A stretch of DNA of 64,000 nt. Origin: Bacillota bacterium. Its GTDB lineage: Bacteria; Bacillota; Limnochordia; Darwinibacteriales; Darwinibacteriaceae. The stretch spans positions 7,717 to 71,716 of the forward strand of contig DURH01000066.1 of NCBI GenBank assembly GCA_012837385.1. The letters run 5' to 3'. Position numbers and translations under genes: made by a program. This document shows, piece after piece, positions 37,162 through 46,553 of the stretch. The notes under the pieces were generated by a model. That model searched no databases. It was not told where the DNA came from and saw only the letters and a program-made list of their open reading frames with translations. The first letter of the stretch is position 1. The number at the start of each line of letters is the position of its first letter.

Positions 37162-37755
37162 TTAATCCCTTGCAGCTAATCCATATTTCAAGACATCGAG
37201 CACCTGCTGCAAAAAGTGATCATTGCAGCCTTGGTGGAAGTGATCGATAAGTTCCTTGCCCACGGCATGGTACACAAAGAAAACCGCCTCGGGATCCAGC
37301 CGGTCGTTGACTGTCCCCTGTTCCATGGCCTCCTGCAGCACCTGAGCGAAATCCTTAGCTCTGCTCAGCCGGCCCTTTTCCAGTTCCGTGCACAGTTCCT
37401 CTGCCCTGCTGTCCCAGAACATATTAGCAACCTGGTGCAGCAGAGGATGGTCCAGGGCAAACTGATAGGACAAGCGATAATACTCGTTCAGAACGGTGAA
37501 AATATCTCCCGCCAGAGCAAAAGCCCTGCTCACATACGATTTCTTCTGCTCGTAGGCCAAGTCCACTATATAGAGATAGAGATCCTTCTTGTCTTCGAAA
37601 TACTGATACATGCTGCCCTTGGCGATACCGCAGCTTTCCACAATCTTGGTGAGAGAGGCCTGCTCAAAAGGCTGCCTGGCAAACTCCCGCACAGCAGCAT
37701 CGATGATCGCCCTGCGCTTCTCTGGTTCTAAGTTGAAAAAGGTCTGCTTCGGCAC
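37162..37755 (-). CDS. TetR/AcrR-family transcriptional regulator
   Basis: N-terminal TetR HTH (FEQASLTKIVESCGIAKGSMYQYF). Confidence 0.85.
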   Translation of the reverse strand: MPKQTFFNLEPEKRRAIIDAAVREFARQPFEQASLTKIVESCGIAKGSMYQYFEDKKDLYLYIVDLAYEQKKSYVSRAFALAGDIFTVLNEYYRLSYQFALDHPLLHQVANMFWDSRAEELCTELEKGRLSRAKDFAQVLQEAMEQGTVNDRLDPEAVFFVYHAVGKELIDHFHQGCNDHFLQQVLDVLKYGLAARD

Positions 37756-37796
37756 ATTTCTCCCTCCTCATGTGACCACCCGGTCATATCTTACAA

Positions 37797-37848
37797 AAAA
37801 AGTATACCACGGCGATCCGAATTTGGCTAGATCTCCGTGGCATATTTC
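37797..37848 (-). terminator. rho-independent terminator after chrA pair (also possible TetR operator palindrome)
   Basis: The minus strand reads CCACGGAGATC-loop-GATCGCCGTGG followed by TATACTTTTTTTGT. Confidence 0.55.
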
Positions 37849-37872
37849 TCGGTTCAGCGTATCCGATCTGGG

Positions 37873-38412
37873 TTAACGGAAGATCAGAATCCCCACCAGC
37901 GCGGCTCCAGCAATCACTTTGATGGGATCAAACTTTTTGACTCCCACAGCGTAGAAAGCTGCTGCAGCGATCACCAGAGTAAGGAGTTGGCTGGCAATCC
38001 CCTCGGCGTATTTCAGAGTTGGCGTGGCAATAAGCACTGCGGCGGCAGCAACCAAACCAGCCACCACAGGGCGGATCCCAGCGAACATGGACTGAACTAC
38101 ATGGGCGGACTTGTATTTCTCCCACATGCGGCTCACGATCATCACACAGATGAGCGAAGGAAGGACTACCGCCAAGGAAGCCGACAGAGCTCCTGGAATC
38201 CCACCAGTACGGAAGCCCACAAAGGTGGCTGAGTTGATGGCAATGGGGCCAGGCGTGACCTCGGCTATGCCCACCACATCGACGAACTCCTGGGGAGTCA
38301 TCCAGCCTCGGCTGACGATCTCCTGCTGAATCAAGGCCAGCATGGCGTAACCACCGCCGATGGTGAAAAGGCCGATCTTAAAGAATGCTGAAAACAACTG
38401 CCAGAGAATCAC
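37873..38412 (-). CDS. chromate transporter (short ChrA-family half-protein)
   Basis: CHR domain (GGGYAMLALIQQE...TPGPIAINSATFVG). Confidence 0.8.
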   Translation of the reverse strand: MILWQLFSAFFKIGLFTIGGGYAMLALIQQEIVSRGWMTPQEFVDVVGIAEVTPGPIAINSATFVGFRTGGIPGALSASLAVVLPSLICVMIVSRMWEKYKSAHVVQSMFAGIRPVVAGLVAAAAVLIATPTLKYAEGIASQLLTLVIAAAAFYAVGVKKFDPIKVIAGAALVGILIFR

Positions 38413-38966
38413 TACGCCACTCCCCCTTTAGCTCTGAAGTAAACAATGCCGCTCAAGCCGCCTAGAATGATGATCCACACGATGGGTAGAACTCCAAAGA
38501 CGCTCAAAAAAAAGGCGCAGGCAGCCACAACTAAACCATAGCGGTTCACCACAGCATTCTTCCCTGCTCGCAGGGCTGCCGCGGCAACTAGTCCAATGAC
38601 AGCACCCTTAATTCCAGAAAAAGCACGCATCAAAATTGGATTGGATTGGAATTGGGTGAAGAAGTGTGCTATGATCAGGATGATAAAAATAGAAGGGGTA
38701 ATTGTACCCAACATGGCAGCAATAGCTCCGATCACGCCCCTTAGCCGCAGGCCGATAAAAATGGAGCTGTTCACAGCGATAGCGCCGGGGACAGATTGAG
38801 ACAGGGCCACGATATCGAGAATCTCATCTTTTCCCACCCAGCCCCGAACATCCACTACTTCTCTTTCAATGAGCGGCAGCATAGCCAAACCGCCCCCAAA
38901 GGTGAAAGCGCCGATGCGGAAAAAGACGCTGAACAGTTTCCAAAGACTTGTCGATTGCTTCTGCAT
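38412..38966 (-). CDS. chromate transporter (short ChrA-family half-protein, partner)
   Basis: CHR domain (FGGGLAMLPLIEREVV...SVPGAIAVNSSIF). Its stop overlaps the partner gene start. Confidence 0.8.
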   Translation of the reverse strand: MQKQSTSLWKLFSVFFRIGAFTFGGGLAMLPLIEREVVDVRGWVGKDEILDIVALSQSVPGAIAVNSSIFIGLRLRGVIGAIAAMLGTITPSIFIILIIAHFFTQFQSNPILMRAFSGIKGAVIGLVAAAALRAGKNAVVNRYGLVVAACAFFLSVFGVLPIVWIIILGGLSGIVYFRAKGGVA

Positions 38967-39025
38967 TCATGCCACTCCTTTTACGACATACAGTCTAGTC
39001 AATTCCCCTTCCGTCACTGATATCC

Positions 39026-40258
39026 TTGTTAGATCTATGTTACTCTTTGTTTGAGGTGATTCCCATGCCAATATTGGAGGCAGATCTAACCTCCACTGTA
39101 AGGAGTTTTGCCCGGGCCGGAGACATCAACAACCTCTCCTTTATGGACCATGCCGACCGGGTCACCCATATCGCTTTTCACCTAGGAAAAGAGTTGGGAT
39201 TAAAAGAAGACCAGTTCTCGGAGCTTATTCTCAGTGCGCTGCTCCACGATATCGGGATCGTTACTAATGATGAACAACTTATGCTGGCCGATCTGGAACC
39301 CAAGCGCGGCGTGGTTTCCGCGCACTGCCGCAGAGGATGGCAGCTGCTCAAACCTGTGGGGCTGTTTGCCTCCCTAGCTCAAAATGTCCTGGAGCACCAT
39401 GATTACTACTCCCCTGAGCTCCGGATTATCCCTGCCATTATCCACGTGGCGGACAGGGTGGATATAATTGTGGACAAGCAGCGCTACTACCTCTGGCAGG
39501 TGGATGACCTGCTTTCCTATTTCTCCGCCAAGCGGGGAACGGTGTTCCACCCAGATGTAATAGACGCCCTGGAGCGTGTGGCTCGCATACCCGGCTTCTG
39601 GCTGGATCTGCAGCACCGCAACTACCAGTTCACCAACGGCCACTACAGCTTCAAGCGCACGCTGACCATCTCAGAACTCGAGGAGATTGCCTGCCTCATG
39701 GCGATAATCGTCGATGCCAAATCACCGTTCACCGGCGCCCACTCCCAAGGAGTGGCGGCTGTTGCGGAATTTGCAGCGGATGCAGTGGGTATGTCCCCAG
39801 AAGAAGTGCGGATGATGAAGGTTGCTGGCCTGCTCCACGACATCGGCAAGTTGGCTGTGCCAGATGAGATCCTCATGCACCCAAGCGGCCTGAACCGCAA
39901 GCAGAAGGCAGTGATGCAGCAGCACCCCTATCACAGCTTCCACCTGATTAAGGATATCGGTCCAGGGGCAGAGAAGCTTGCTGGGTGGGCAGCCTTTCAC
40001 CACGAAAGGCTGAACGGAACGGGCTACCCCTTTGGGCTCACCGCCTCAGAACTGGATCAAAAGGCTCGCCTTATGGCGGTAGTTGACATTACCCAATCCC
40101 TGTTGGAAGACAGGCCTTACCGCCCAGCCATGCCTACAGACAGGGCAGCTGCCATCCTGCGCAACAATGTCCAGGCTGGACATATCGACCAGGAGCTGAC
40201 CGAGCTCTTCATCGGACATTTGGACGAAATCGCGGCGCTGCTCAGAAGGTACAGCTAA
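39026..40258 (+). CDS. tandem HD / HD-GYP domain phosphohydrolase (putative c-di-GMP phosphodiesterase)
   Basis: Two HD-type domains (LLHDIGIV, LLHDIGKLAVPDE) and HHERLNGTGYPFGL (GYP). The true start is probably the ATG near 39065 (MPILEADL), after a GAGGTGA RBS. Confidence 0.75.
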   Translation: MLDLCYSLFEVIPMPILEADLTSTVRSFARAGDINNLSFMDHADRVTHIAFHLGKELGLKEDQFSELILSALLHDIGIVTNDEQLMLADLEPKRGVVSAHCRRGWQLLKPVGLFASLAQNVLEHHDYYSPELRIIPAIIHVADRVDIIVDKQRYYLWQVDDLLSYFSAKRGTVFHPDVIDALERVARIPGFWLDLQHRNYQFTNGHYSFKRTLTISELEEIACLMAIIVDAKSPFTGAHSQGVAAVAEFAADAVGMSPEEVRMMKVAGLLHDIGKLAVPDEILMHPSGLNRKQKAVMQQHPYHSFHLIKDIGPGAEKLAGWAAFHHERLNGTGYPFGLTASELDQKARLMAVVDITQSLLEDRPYRPAMPTDRAAAILRNNVQAGHIDQELTELFIGHLDEIAALLRRYS

Positions 40259-40276
40259 AGAGTCAGAGAAAAATCG

Positions 40277-40302
40277 AGCTCCCCTCAGTGGGGAGCTTTT
40301 TC
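40277..40302. terminator. bidirectional rho-independent terminator (HD-GYP gene / phosphoglucomutase gene)
   Basis: AGCTCCCC-TCAGT-GGGGAGCT hairpin with T-runs on both strands. Confidence 0.6.
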
Positions 40303-40306
40303 TATC

Positions 40307-42007
40307 TCAGTTCTGCAGGCCTGCCTCAATTAACTGGTGGCAGGCTTTCTTCAACTCATCCAGCCTCGCTTGCGCCTCCATAAAGCTTCCACCCTGAACC
40401 TCTAAATAGAGCTTCATCTTGGGTTCAGTGCCGGAAGGGCGTAGGGATACCCTGCTGCCCCCCTCAGTAATCCACTGCAGCACACCTGCTTTGGGAAAAT
40501 CCAGGGGCTTGCTCCTTCCCGTTTCCAGATCAAGATGCACACCGCTCTGGTAGTCCAACACTTCCTTCACCCGCTCCGAGCCGATCATGGTTAAAGGGCT
40601 CTTCCTTACCCGCTCCACAAAAGCCCGAGAACGCTCCGCTTCGCGGCTGGTGGCAAAGGAGAAGGAGGAAAGATCCTGCAGGTAGTAACCGTATTCCTGG
40701 AACAGTTCCTCCAAACGGTCAACTAGAGTCAAGCCCTGGGAGGCGTAATACGATGCTGCGGAGGCAGCGAGCAGGCTGGCTGCTACCGCGTCCTTATCTC
40801 GCACATGGGTACCTGCTAGGAACCCATAACTCTCCTCAAAACCGAAAACAAACTGCTTCCCTGCTGCAGGGAGAGTGTCCATAAGCGCACCAATGTACTT
40901 AAACCCCGTTAGGGTCTGCTGCACTTCCACCCCATGCTTTCTCGCCAAAGGCTCAATCATCTCCGTGGAGACAATGGTCTTGATGATGACGCCTTCCTGA
41001 AGCTGCTCTGGATCAAGGCAGGACAGCAGATAATCTGCCAGCAGTACACCCATGTGGTTTCCGTTGAGCAGCACCCATCGGCCTTGATGCCACACTGCTG
41101 CCCCCATGCGGTCTGCATCTGGATCGGTGGCCAGGATTAGGTCTGCGCCCTCCTCTTCCCCTTGGCGAAAGGCTAACTCGAAGGCTGCAGCATCCTCTGG
41201 ATTAGGGGAGTTTACTGTGGGAAACCTGCTATCAGGCTCCAGCTGCTCCGTCACAGTGGAGATCCGTCTGAAGCCGGAACGCCGCAGCACTTCGGGGATG
41301 AACCGTCCCCCTGTGCCGTGCAAAGGGGTGTACAAAACACGCAGCTCCTTCTCTGTAGGCGCCGGAACGACCTCCAGCAGGCGGCCATAGTAAGCTTCCA
41401 CTACTTCATCGTCTAGCACGGTCAGCAAAGGACTGTGCAGGGGATCAGCATGGAGTCGCACATCTTCTAAGCTTAAACCCATCATCTGTGCGCTGATTTG
41501 GGAAGCTTCTTCTGTCAAAATCTGGCAGCCCGCAGCATTATACACCTTGTATCCATTGTAATCAGGCGGATTGTGGCTGGCGGTAATCACGATTCCCGCG
41601 CCGGCCTCAAGATAACGCACGGCAAAAGAAAGAAGGGGTGTAGGTGCTACTCCTGGGAACATGTATACAGGAATGCCGTTGCCCACCAACACTCCAGCGG
41701 CGGCCTGGGCAAACTCCCTGGACATGCGGCGGGAGTCGTAGGCAATAACCACCGCTGCCCTCCCCCTTCCCTTTCCTGTTAGGGTGTCTGCTAAGGCCTG
41801 GGTAGCTAGGCGGACAGTGTAGACATTCATCCTATTGGTTCCAGCTCCAATTGTGCCTCTAAGGCCACCAGTACCAAATTCCAGCCATTTATAAAACCGG
41901 TCCTCGATTTCCTCCGGTTGATCCTGCAAAGCGCTCAATTCTGCTTTGGTATCATCATCAATTAGTGGATCGTTGAGCCAAGCCTGATAGTGTGTCTTCG
42001 CATCCAT
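40307..42007 (-). CDS. phospho-sugar mutase (alpha-phosphoglucomutase/phosphomannomutase family)
   Basis: TASHNPPDYNGYK active-site serine loop and four alpha-D-phosphohexomutase domains. Start at the ATG 42007 (MDAKTHYQAWL). Confidence 0.85.
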   Translation of the reverse strand: MDAKTHYQAWLNDPLIDDDTKAELSALQDQPEEIEDRFYKWLEFGTGGLRGTIGAGTNRMNVYTVRLATQALADTLTGKGRGRAAVVIAYDSRRMSREFAQAAAGVLVGNGIPVYMFPGVAPTPLLSFAVRYLEAGAGIVITASHNPPDYNGYKVYNAAGCQILTEEASQISAQMMGLSLEDVRLHADPLHSPLLTVLDDEVVEAYYGRLLEVVPAPTEKELRVLYTPLHGTGGRFIPEVLRRSGFRRISTVTEQLEPDSRFPTVNSPNPEDAAAFELAFRQGEEEGADLILATDPDADRMGAAVWHQGRWVLLNGNHMGVLLADYLLSCLDPEQLQEGVIIKTIVSTEMIEPLARKHGVEVQQTLTGFKYIGALMDTLPAAGKQFVFGFEESYGFLAGTHVRDKDAVAASLLAASAASYYASQGLTLVDRLEELFQEYGYYLQDLSSFSFATSREAERSRAFVERVRKSPLTMIGSERVKEVLDYQSGVHLDLETGRSKPLDFPKAGVLQWITEGGSRVSLRPSGTEPKMKLYLEVQGGSFMEAQARLDELKKACHQLIEAGLQN

Positions 42008-42073
42008 GCGCAGCGCCTCCTTCAGCAATTCATAACCAGTAGTTTATTCTCGACTGTCTCCACGCTTCCTGCA

Positions 42074-43222
42074 CTAAGATCCAGAAGCTTCACCCTTCTT
42101 AACGTGCTTTTTGCTCTTCCTGGACCTGAGTTCAGCCACCAACCACAGCACTATAGGGAGTACAACCTGTAAGGCCAGTTCGCCGGCGCGATGTGTTCTC
42201 GTGGCAGAGCGCTCCATTTCCAGCACGTTGGAAAGAAACCACTGGGATCCTGGAATGGCTCCCAGGGCTAAAGGAGTAACCAGAAAGCGGTAGTCCTTGA
42301 ATCCCAGGGCATAGGCAAAGCATCTGCTGGCTGCCAGCAGGCACACTGCCATCTTCACAAAGCTGCCAATGGCGAAGGTCACCCCGATAATTGCCTCCAA
42401 ACGGGTCAGGAACGTAGATACATTGATCCTGGCAACTGCTGTCCACACCGGGAAGTAATAAAAGCCATACCGGCGTGCACCCACCACGGCCATACTGGTG
42501 CAGGCCACTATCATCAAAACGAAAGCGGCGATCAGGAAACCTGGCAGAAACACCTTGTATGGAGAGTTCTTGCTTTGAAAACAGTCAAAGATCCAAAAGA
42601 GGACAATCACCTCCAAAAAGGGAAAGTCCAGCAGCTGGAGAGCGCCCATGATCACCGGCTTTGGCCCATCATACATCACGGGAAGAAACTCTCCTATGTC
42701 CACTTCGCTGAGCATCAGGAGAAAAGTCACCGCCAGCACCAGCAGAACCACCTTGGCCATCACCACACTGAAGCGGGCGATCACCTCCACCCCTTCCTTC
42801 GCCGCCCAAAGCATCAAAAGGGCCAAGACCGACGCCACCACAAACTGCGGTGTGGTGGGGAGCGCGACTGCCTGCACGAAGTTCGTCACATCACTCATCA
42901 CATAGCAGCTCAGCCTCCAAGTGAGAACGCCGTAACCCAAAGCCACTGCCCGAGATGGCCACCTTCCAAAAAGGTATTCCAGGCCAGCGGCGAGATCTCT
43001 TCCCCCCATCAAACTGCGTATACGAGCTACCAATAGGACCATGGGCAGCGCTATGGCCGTGGCCACCAAGAAGGCCAGCCACAGATCTGGTCCAGCCAGT
43101 GCTCCCAGGGCAAACACCAAGGTGTTGCCCACAACAAAGAGCAGCACCAGGACCAGGCCTTGATTGTCAGGTACAACCTCCCTCACTTGCTGCCACCTCC
43201 CTGCCACAGCTTGGCGATCCAT
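42074..43222 (-). CDS. spore germination protein, GerAB/GerKB-family B subunit (APC-superfamily permease)
   Basis: Ten or more TM helices in a GerAB-like arrangement. Start chosen at the ATG 43222 (MDRQAVAG); the longer ORF to 43351 would overlap gerC. Confidence 0.75.
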   Translation of the reverse strand: MDRQAVAGRWQQVREVVPDNQGLVLVLLFVVGNTLVFALGALAGPDLWLAFLVATAIALPMVLLVARIRSLMGGRDLAAGLEYLFGRWPSRAVALGYGVLTWRLSCYVMSDVTNFVQAVALPTTPQFVVASVLALLMLWAAKEGVEVIARFSVVMAKVVLLVLAVTFLLMLSEVDIGEFLPVMYDGPKPVIMGALQLLDFPFLEVIVLFWIFDCFQSKNSPYKVFLPGFLIAAFVLMIVACTSMAVVGARRYGFYYFPVWTAVARINVSTFLTRLEAIIGVTFAIGSFVKMAVCLLAASRCFAYALGFKDYRFLVTPLALGAIPGSQWFLSNVLEMERSATRTHRAGELALQVVLPIVLWLVAELRSRKSKKHVKKGEASGS

Positions 43223-43407
43223 CTCTGCAGCGCTCCTAACGGCTCGGGAACCTTTAGATATTTGTTCAGGGTGAGCAGAGCAGCGAGAGTGCCTGCTGCT
43301 GCAAAAAAGGCCAGGTAGACCACGACCTTCTTCCACGGCCGTTCGGCCCAAAGATAAAGCTCGAAAGCAGCCACTGCCACATAGGCCAAGATCACCAATC
43401 CTACCAT
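43183..43407 (-). CDS. small two-TM protein within the germinant-receptor operon (GR D-subunit-like)
   Basis: 74 aa with two hydrophobic helices (LVILAYVAVAAFELYLWA, VVVYLAFFAAAGTLAALLTL). It sits between the C- and B-subunit genes and starts 3 nt after the gerC-like stop. Confidence 0.45.
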   Translation of the reverse strand: MVGLVILAYVAVAAFELYLWAERPWKKVVVYLAFFAAAGTLAALLTLNKYLKVPEPLGALQRWIAKLWQGGGSK

Positions 43408-43409
43408 AT

Positions 43410-44567
43410 TCAGTCCCTCACATTGATGGGCTCAGAAGACAGGCCAGCCACAACCACCTGGCACGTGACCTCCACATCAACCGGTAGGTTCCGGAAGTTA
43501 GTATCCCAGTCCTTGCCAAAGCGGCGCCACGCCTCCGGCTCCTTTCTTTTGAACAGCCGTCCAAAACCAAGCACGTCAGCGTTGAGCTCATGCTGCAACT
43601 TCCAAAACAGCTCCTCCACCCATTCTTGAAAGGCAGTGGCCAGCTGTGCCTCCACGCTGCTGGCCATTTTCTCATCGCGGAAATTGAGGGGAGCTCTCCC
43701 CATCTCCTCCACGGCAAACTGCATATCTAGAGATAGAGACATAGATATTTCCCCGTCCTTAAACACAGGCTTGGCTTGGAGCTGATTGCCCACCAGTTCA
43801 TAAGTGATGGGGAACCGCCCCTTGTCTTCCACCCGGGTATCAATAACAAAGTGCCCCCGCTGAAGGATCCCCTTGAGCAGGCAGAAGATGTCACTCTCAT
43901 GGCCGTCCAGCCAGCCGATCATTTTGTCATCCTTAAGAACCGCAGTTCCTTCCACCAAAGGAACCAATTCTCCCTGCTCGTGGACGAGCCTAACCGTGGG
44001 AAGAGTGGCATACACACCTTCATCAGCAAGTTCTTGGTGCAGCTCCCACACCTGCAGGGGAAGAAATCCCGAAATGGTTTCCTGCATAAGCACTACGGCA
44101 TTGAGGTGCTCGCTGACAGAATTGGCCATGGGGGGTTTACTCTTAAACACCTCTTCGGCGGTACAGTCCCTAGTTATAAACACCCAAATGGTGCTGCGGG
44201 TATTCCGGCTGCGTACAATATACTCTACAGCAGGGAGAATGCCATCCTGGGCTACCTGCTCTGAGATCAAAAAGACATAGGCGTGGGACCAGATGGCACG
44301 CAGGCCCGCTGGATTGGAGAGGGCACGGCCTGCGGAAGAAACGCTCTGGCCCTTGGTGGCGAGCACCTTAGGTTCCACTGACGCCTGCTGGCCGCCTCCG
44401 CTGGTCTTGGCCATTTCCATCACCACAACATACTCAGGATCAATCTGGTCTACTCCCAGCCCAAGCACAAAGTCCAGGGCCTCAATTTCGACGTAGTCCC
44501 AACAGCCAGAAAGGAGAAGGCAGACTAGACAAAGGGCGAGAATTCCAGCATGCCGAAACCTCATCAA
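43410..44567 (-). CDS. spore germination lipoprotein, GerAC/GerKC-family C subunit
   Basis: Lipobox LLLSGCWD, with GerAC-like length and composition. It overlaps the gerA-like stop by 4 bp. Confidence 0.8.
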   Translation of the reverse strand: MMRFRHAGILALCLVCLLLSGCWDYVEIEALDFVLGLGVDQIDPEYVVVMEMAKTSGGGQQASVEPKVLATKGQSVSSAGRALSNPAGLRAIWSHAYVFLISEQVAQDGILPAVEYIVRSRNTRSTIWVFITRDCTAEEVFKSKPPMANSVSEHLNAVVLMQETISGFLPLQVWELHQELADEGVYATLPTVRLVHEQGELVPLVEGTAVLKDDKMIGWLDGHESDIFCLLKGILQRGHFVIDTRVEDKGRFPITYELVGNQLQAKPVFKDGEISMSLSLDMQFAVEEMGRAPLNFRDEKMASSVEAQLATAFQEWVEELFWKLQHELNADVLGFGRLFKRKEPEAWRRFGKDWDTNFRNLPVDVEVTCQVVVAGLSSEPINVRD

Positions 44568-46099
44568 TTTTTGCTCCTTGTCTGTCCCTGAAGGCGCTGC
44601 CGATCCTTTGATGCCAGGTATCTAGGCCGCAGTGCCATCTTCCACCAGGGTACCCGGACCACTGTATCCTTCACGTCTTCGGGAACAAGGGTGGTCATGG
44701 TGGATAGATAGGGTACGCCAAAGGATTCCATCGAGGAGAGGAGCAGCACCACGGCGATCGCGCCAAAGACGAATCCGTACAGCCCCAGTGCCGAAGCCAG
44801 CAGCACCAGAAAGAGCCTGATCGGAACGGCTAGATCGTGTAGACTGGGGACAACAAATCCAGCCACACCGGTGATCCCCACTACGATGATCATGGGAGCG
44901 CTCACTAGGCTTGCGCTCACCGCGGCCTCGCCCAAGACAATAGCTCCCACAATACTGATGGCCTGCCCCACAGGGCGCGGCAGGCGCACTCCCCCTTCCC
45001 TAAGGATCTCGAACACCAAGCCCATCACCACAATTTCCACGATTCCTGGAAAGGGCACGTTCTTCCGGGAGGCTGAAATGCTGATCACCAAATTCGTGGG
45101 AATCAACTGGGGATGATAGTTGATCAGTGCAATGTATATCGCGGGAATGCTGGTAGTGAGAAAAAAACTGACATAGCGCACCATCCTGTGAAAAGTGGCA
45201 CTAATCCAGTGATTGTAGTAGTCCTCATTGGCCTGGAAGGCCTCCACAAGCAGATAGGGCATGGTAAGAGCAAAGGGCGACCCGTCCACCAACACAGCCA
45301 CCCGCCCTTCCAAAACCTTGGCAGCTACTACATCAGGACGCTCAGTCTGCCCGATGGTGGGAAAGGGCGAATATGGGGCATCCTGAATAAACTCCTGAAT
45401 ATACCCTGAATCCAGAACAGCATCGATTTTCATCTGTTCAATGCGCCTCTGCACCTCGGACACAAGATCCATGGAAGTGACGTTATCTAGGTACAAGATG
45501 GCCACCCTGGTCTTGCTCTGCGTACCCACATGCAGGAACTTGGTTTTGAAGTTGGGGCTGGAAAGCCTGAGGCGTACCAAACTGATATTTACCCCTAAAT
45601 CTTCGCCAAAACCCTGCCGGGGGCCGCGCACTACGCTTTCTGAAGGTGGCTCTGAAATCGCTCGCTTGGCCCAGCCTTGGGCATCCACCACAATGCCCAC
45701 AGCGCAGCCGTCTACGAGAATCACGCCCACTCCGTCCATGGTCTTATCACCGATCTCACTGTAACCATAGACGAACTCTGAGCCGTCTGATTGGATGACC
45801 TGCTCCGCCAAGAAATCGGCAATTTCCTCACCTTTAAGGTTCTTGGGCAGATCTGCTTCCATCAAGGGCCGCAGTACAAACTGGCTCAGATACTCGTGTT
45901 TCACCATGTTGTCTGCATAGATCAAGACACAGTCCCGGGGCTTTGTGCCCTTGGTTTTGAAACGCCGATAGACGATAGTTTCATCGTTGGCGAAGATATC
46001 AGCTTTGAACCAGTGCAGATTGGCGTCCAGGGAAGTGCTGAGGCGATCCAATCCCCGGGGCCGAGGTGCGTTTTTCTTGGTGCGCTGCCAAAAGAACAT
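44564..46099 (-). CDS. spore germination protein, GerAA/GerKA-family A subunit
   Basis: GerA-family N-terminal soluble domain plus a C-terminal 5-6 TM region (VVMGLVFEILREGGVRLP...). Confidence 0.85.
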   Translation of the reverse strand: MFFWQRTKKNAPRPRGLDRLSTSLDANLHWFKADIFANDETIVYRRFKTKGTKPRDCVLIYADNMVKHEYLSQFVLRPLMEADLPKNLKGEEIADFLAEQVIQSDGSEFVYGYSEIGDKTMDGVGVILVDGCAVGIVVDAQGWAKRAISEPPSESVVRGPRQGFGEDLGVNISLVRLRLSSPNFKTKFLHVGTQSKTRVAILYLDNVTSMDLVSEVQRRIEQMKIDAVLDSGYIQEFIQDAPYSPFPTIGQTERPDVVAAKVLEGRVAVLVDGSPFALTMPYLLVEAFQANEDYYNHWISATFHRMVRYVSFFLTTSIPAIYIALINYHPQLIPTNLVISISASRKNVPFPGIVEIVVMGLVFEILREGGVRLPRPVGQAISIVGAIVLGEAAVSASLVSAPMIIVVGITGVAGFVVPSLHDLAVPIRLFLVLLASALGLYGFVFGAIAVVLLLSSMESFGVPYLSTMTTLVPEDVKDTVVRVPWWKMALRPRYLASKDRQRLQGQTRSKN

Positions 46100-46263
46100 G
46101 CCTGCTCCCTCCTGCTTCTGCCTAGTATGTCCAATGGGCAGCTGTTTATAAGAAGAGCCGACCCTTGGGGTCGGCTGTTTCTTAGCAACTTTACAACATT
46201 AGATTCCGCAGGATTTCCCTGGGCGGTGGGGAACATTATCAAAAAGAATAAGGGGGATGTCTC

Positions 46264-46479
46264 ATGAACGTCATGTTCGAAAGCGGCCAGTTTTTTGTGA
46301 GAATACAGAACAAAGGCGGTTACCCGAAGATCACCATTTGGAACAGCAGAGGTGACAAGATCTTCAGCGACATTCCTGGACCAGATCCTGCCCTTCAGTT
46401 TTGGAACACTGTTGAATCCTTAACTGACAGTACAGTAACGGCTCAGATTAGAGAGCAGGCCCGCAAGGCTCTCACATAA
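46264..46479 (+). CDS. hypothetical 71-aa protein
   Basis: Strong AAGGGGGA RBS 7 nt before the ATG, with a hairpin terminator downstream. No TM helix and no recognisable family. Confidence 0.5.
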   Translation: MNVMFESGQFFVRIQNKGGYPKITIWNSRGDKIFSDIPGPDPALQFWNTVESLTDSTVTAQIREQARKALT

Positions 46480-46490
46480 ATGCACACAAG

Positions 46491-46530
46491 AAAGGCGTCC
46501 GGCGATGAAACACTGGACGCCTTATTTCTA
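46491..46530. terminator. hairpin terminator between the 71-aa ORF and the ComFB-like gene
   Basis: AGGCGTCC-14 nt loop-GGACGCCT followed by TATTTCTATATT. Confidence 0.5.
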
Positions 46531-46553
46531 TATTCCTGTAACTGGCCCCAAAG

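Noticed and set aside
36556-37179. 207-aa plus-strand ORF
   Set aside because: Antisense to the substrate-binding-protein gene, with no recognisable domain.
42575-43036. 153-aa His/Gln-rich plus-strand ORF
   Set aside because: Antisense to the GerAB-like permease gene. The compositional bias arises from the complement of hydrophobic codons.
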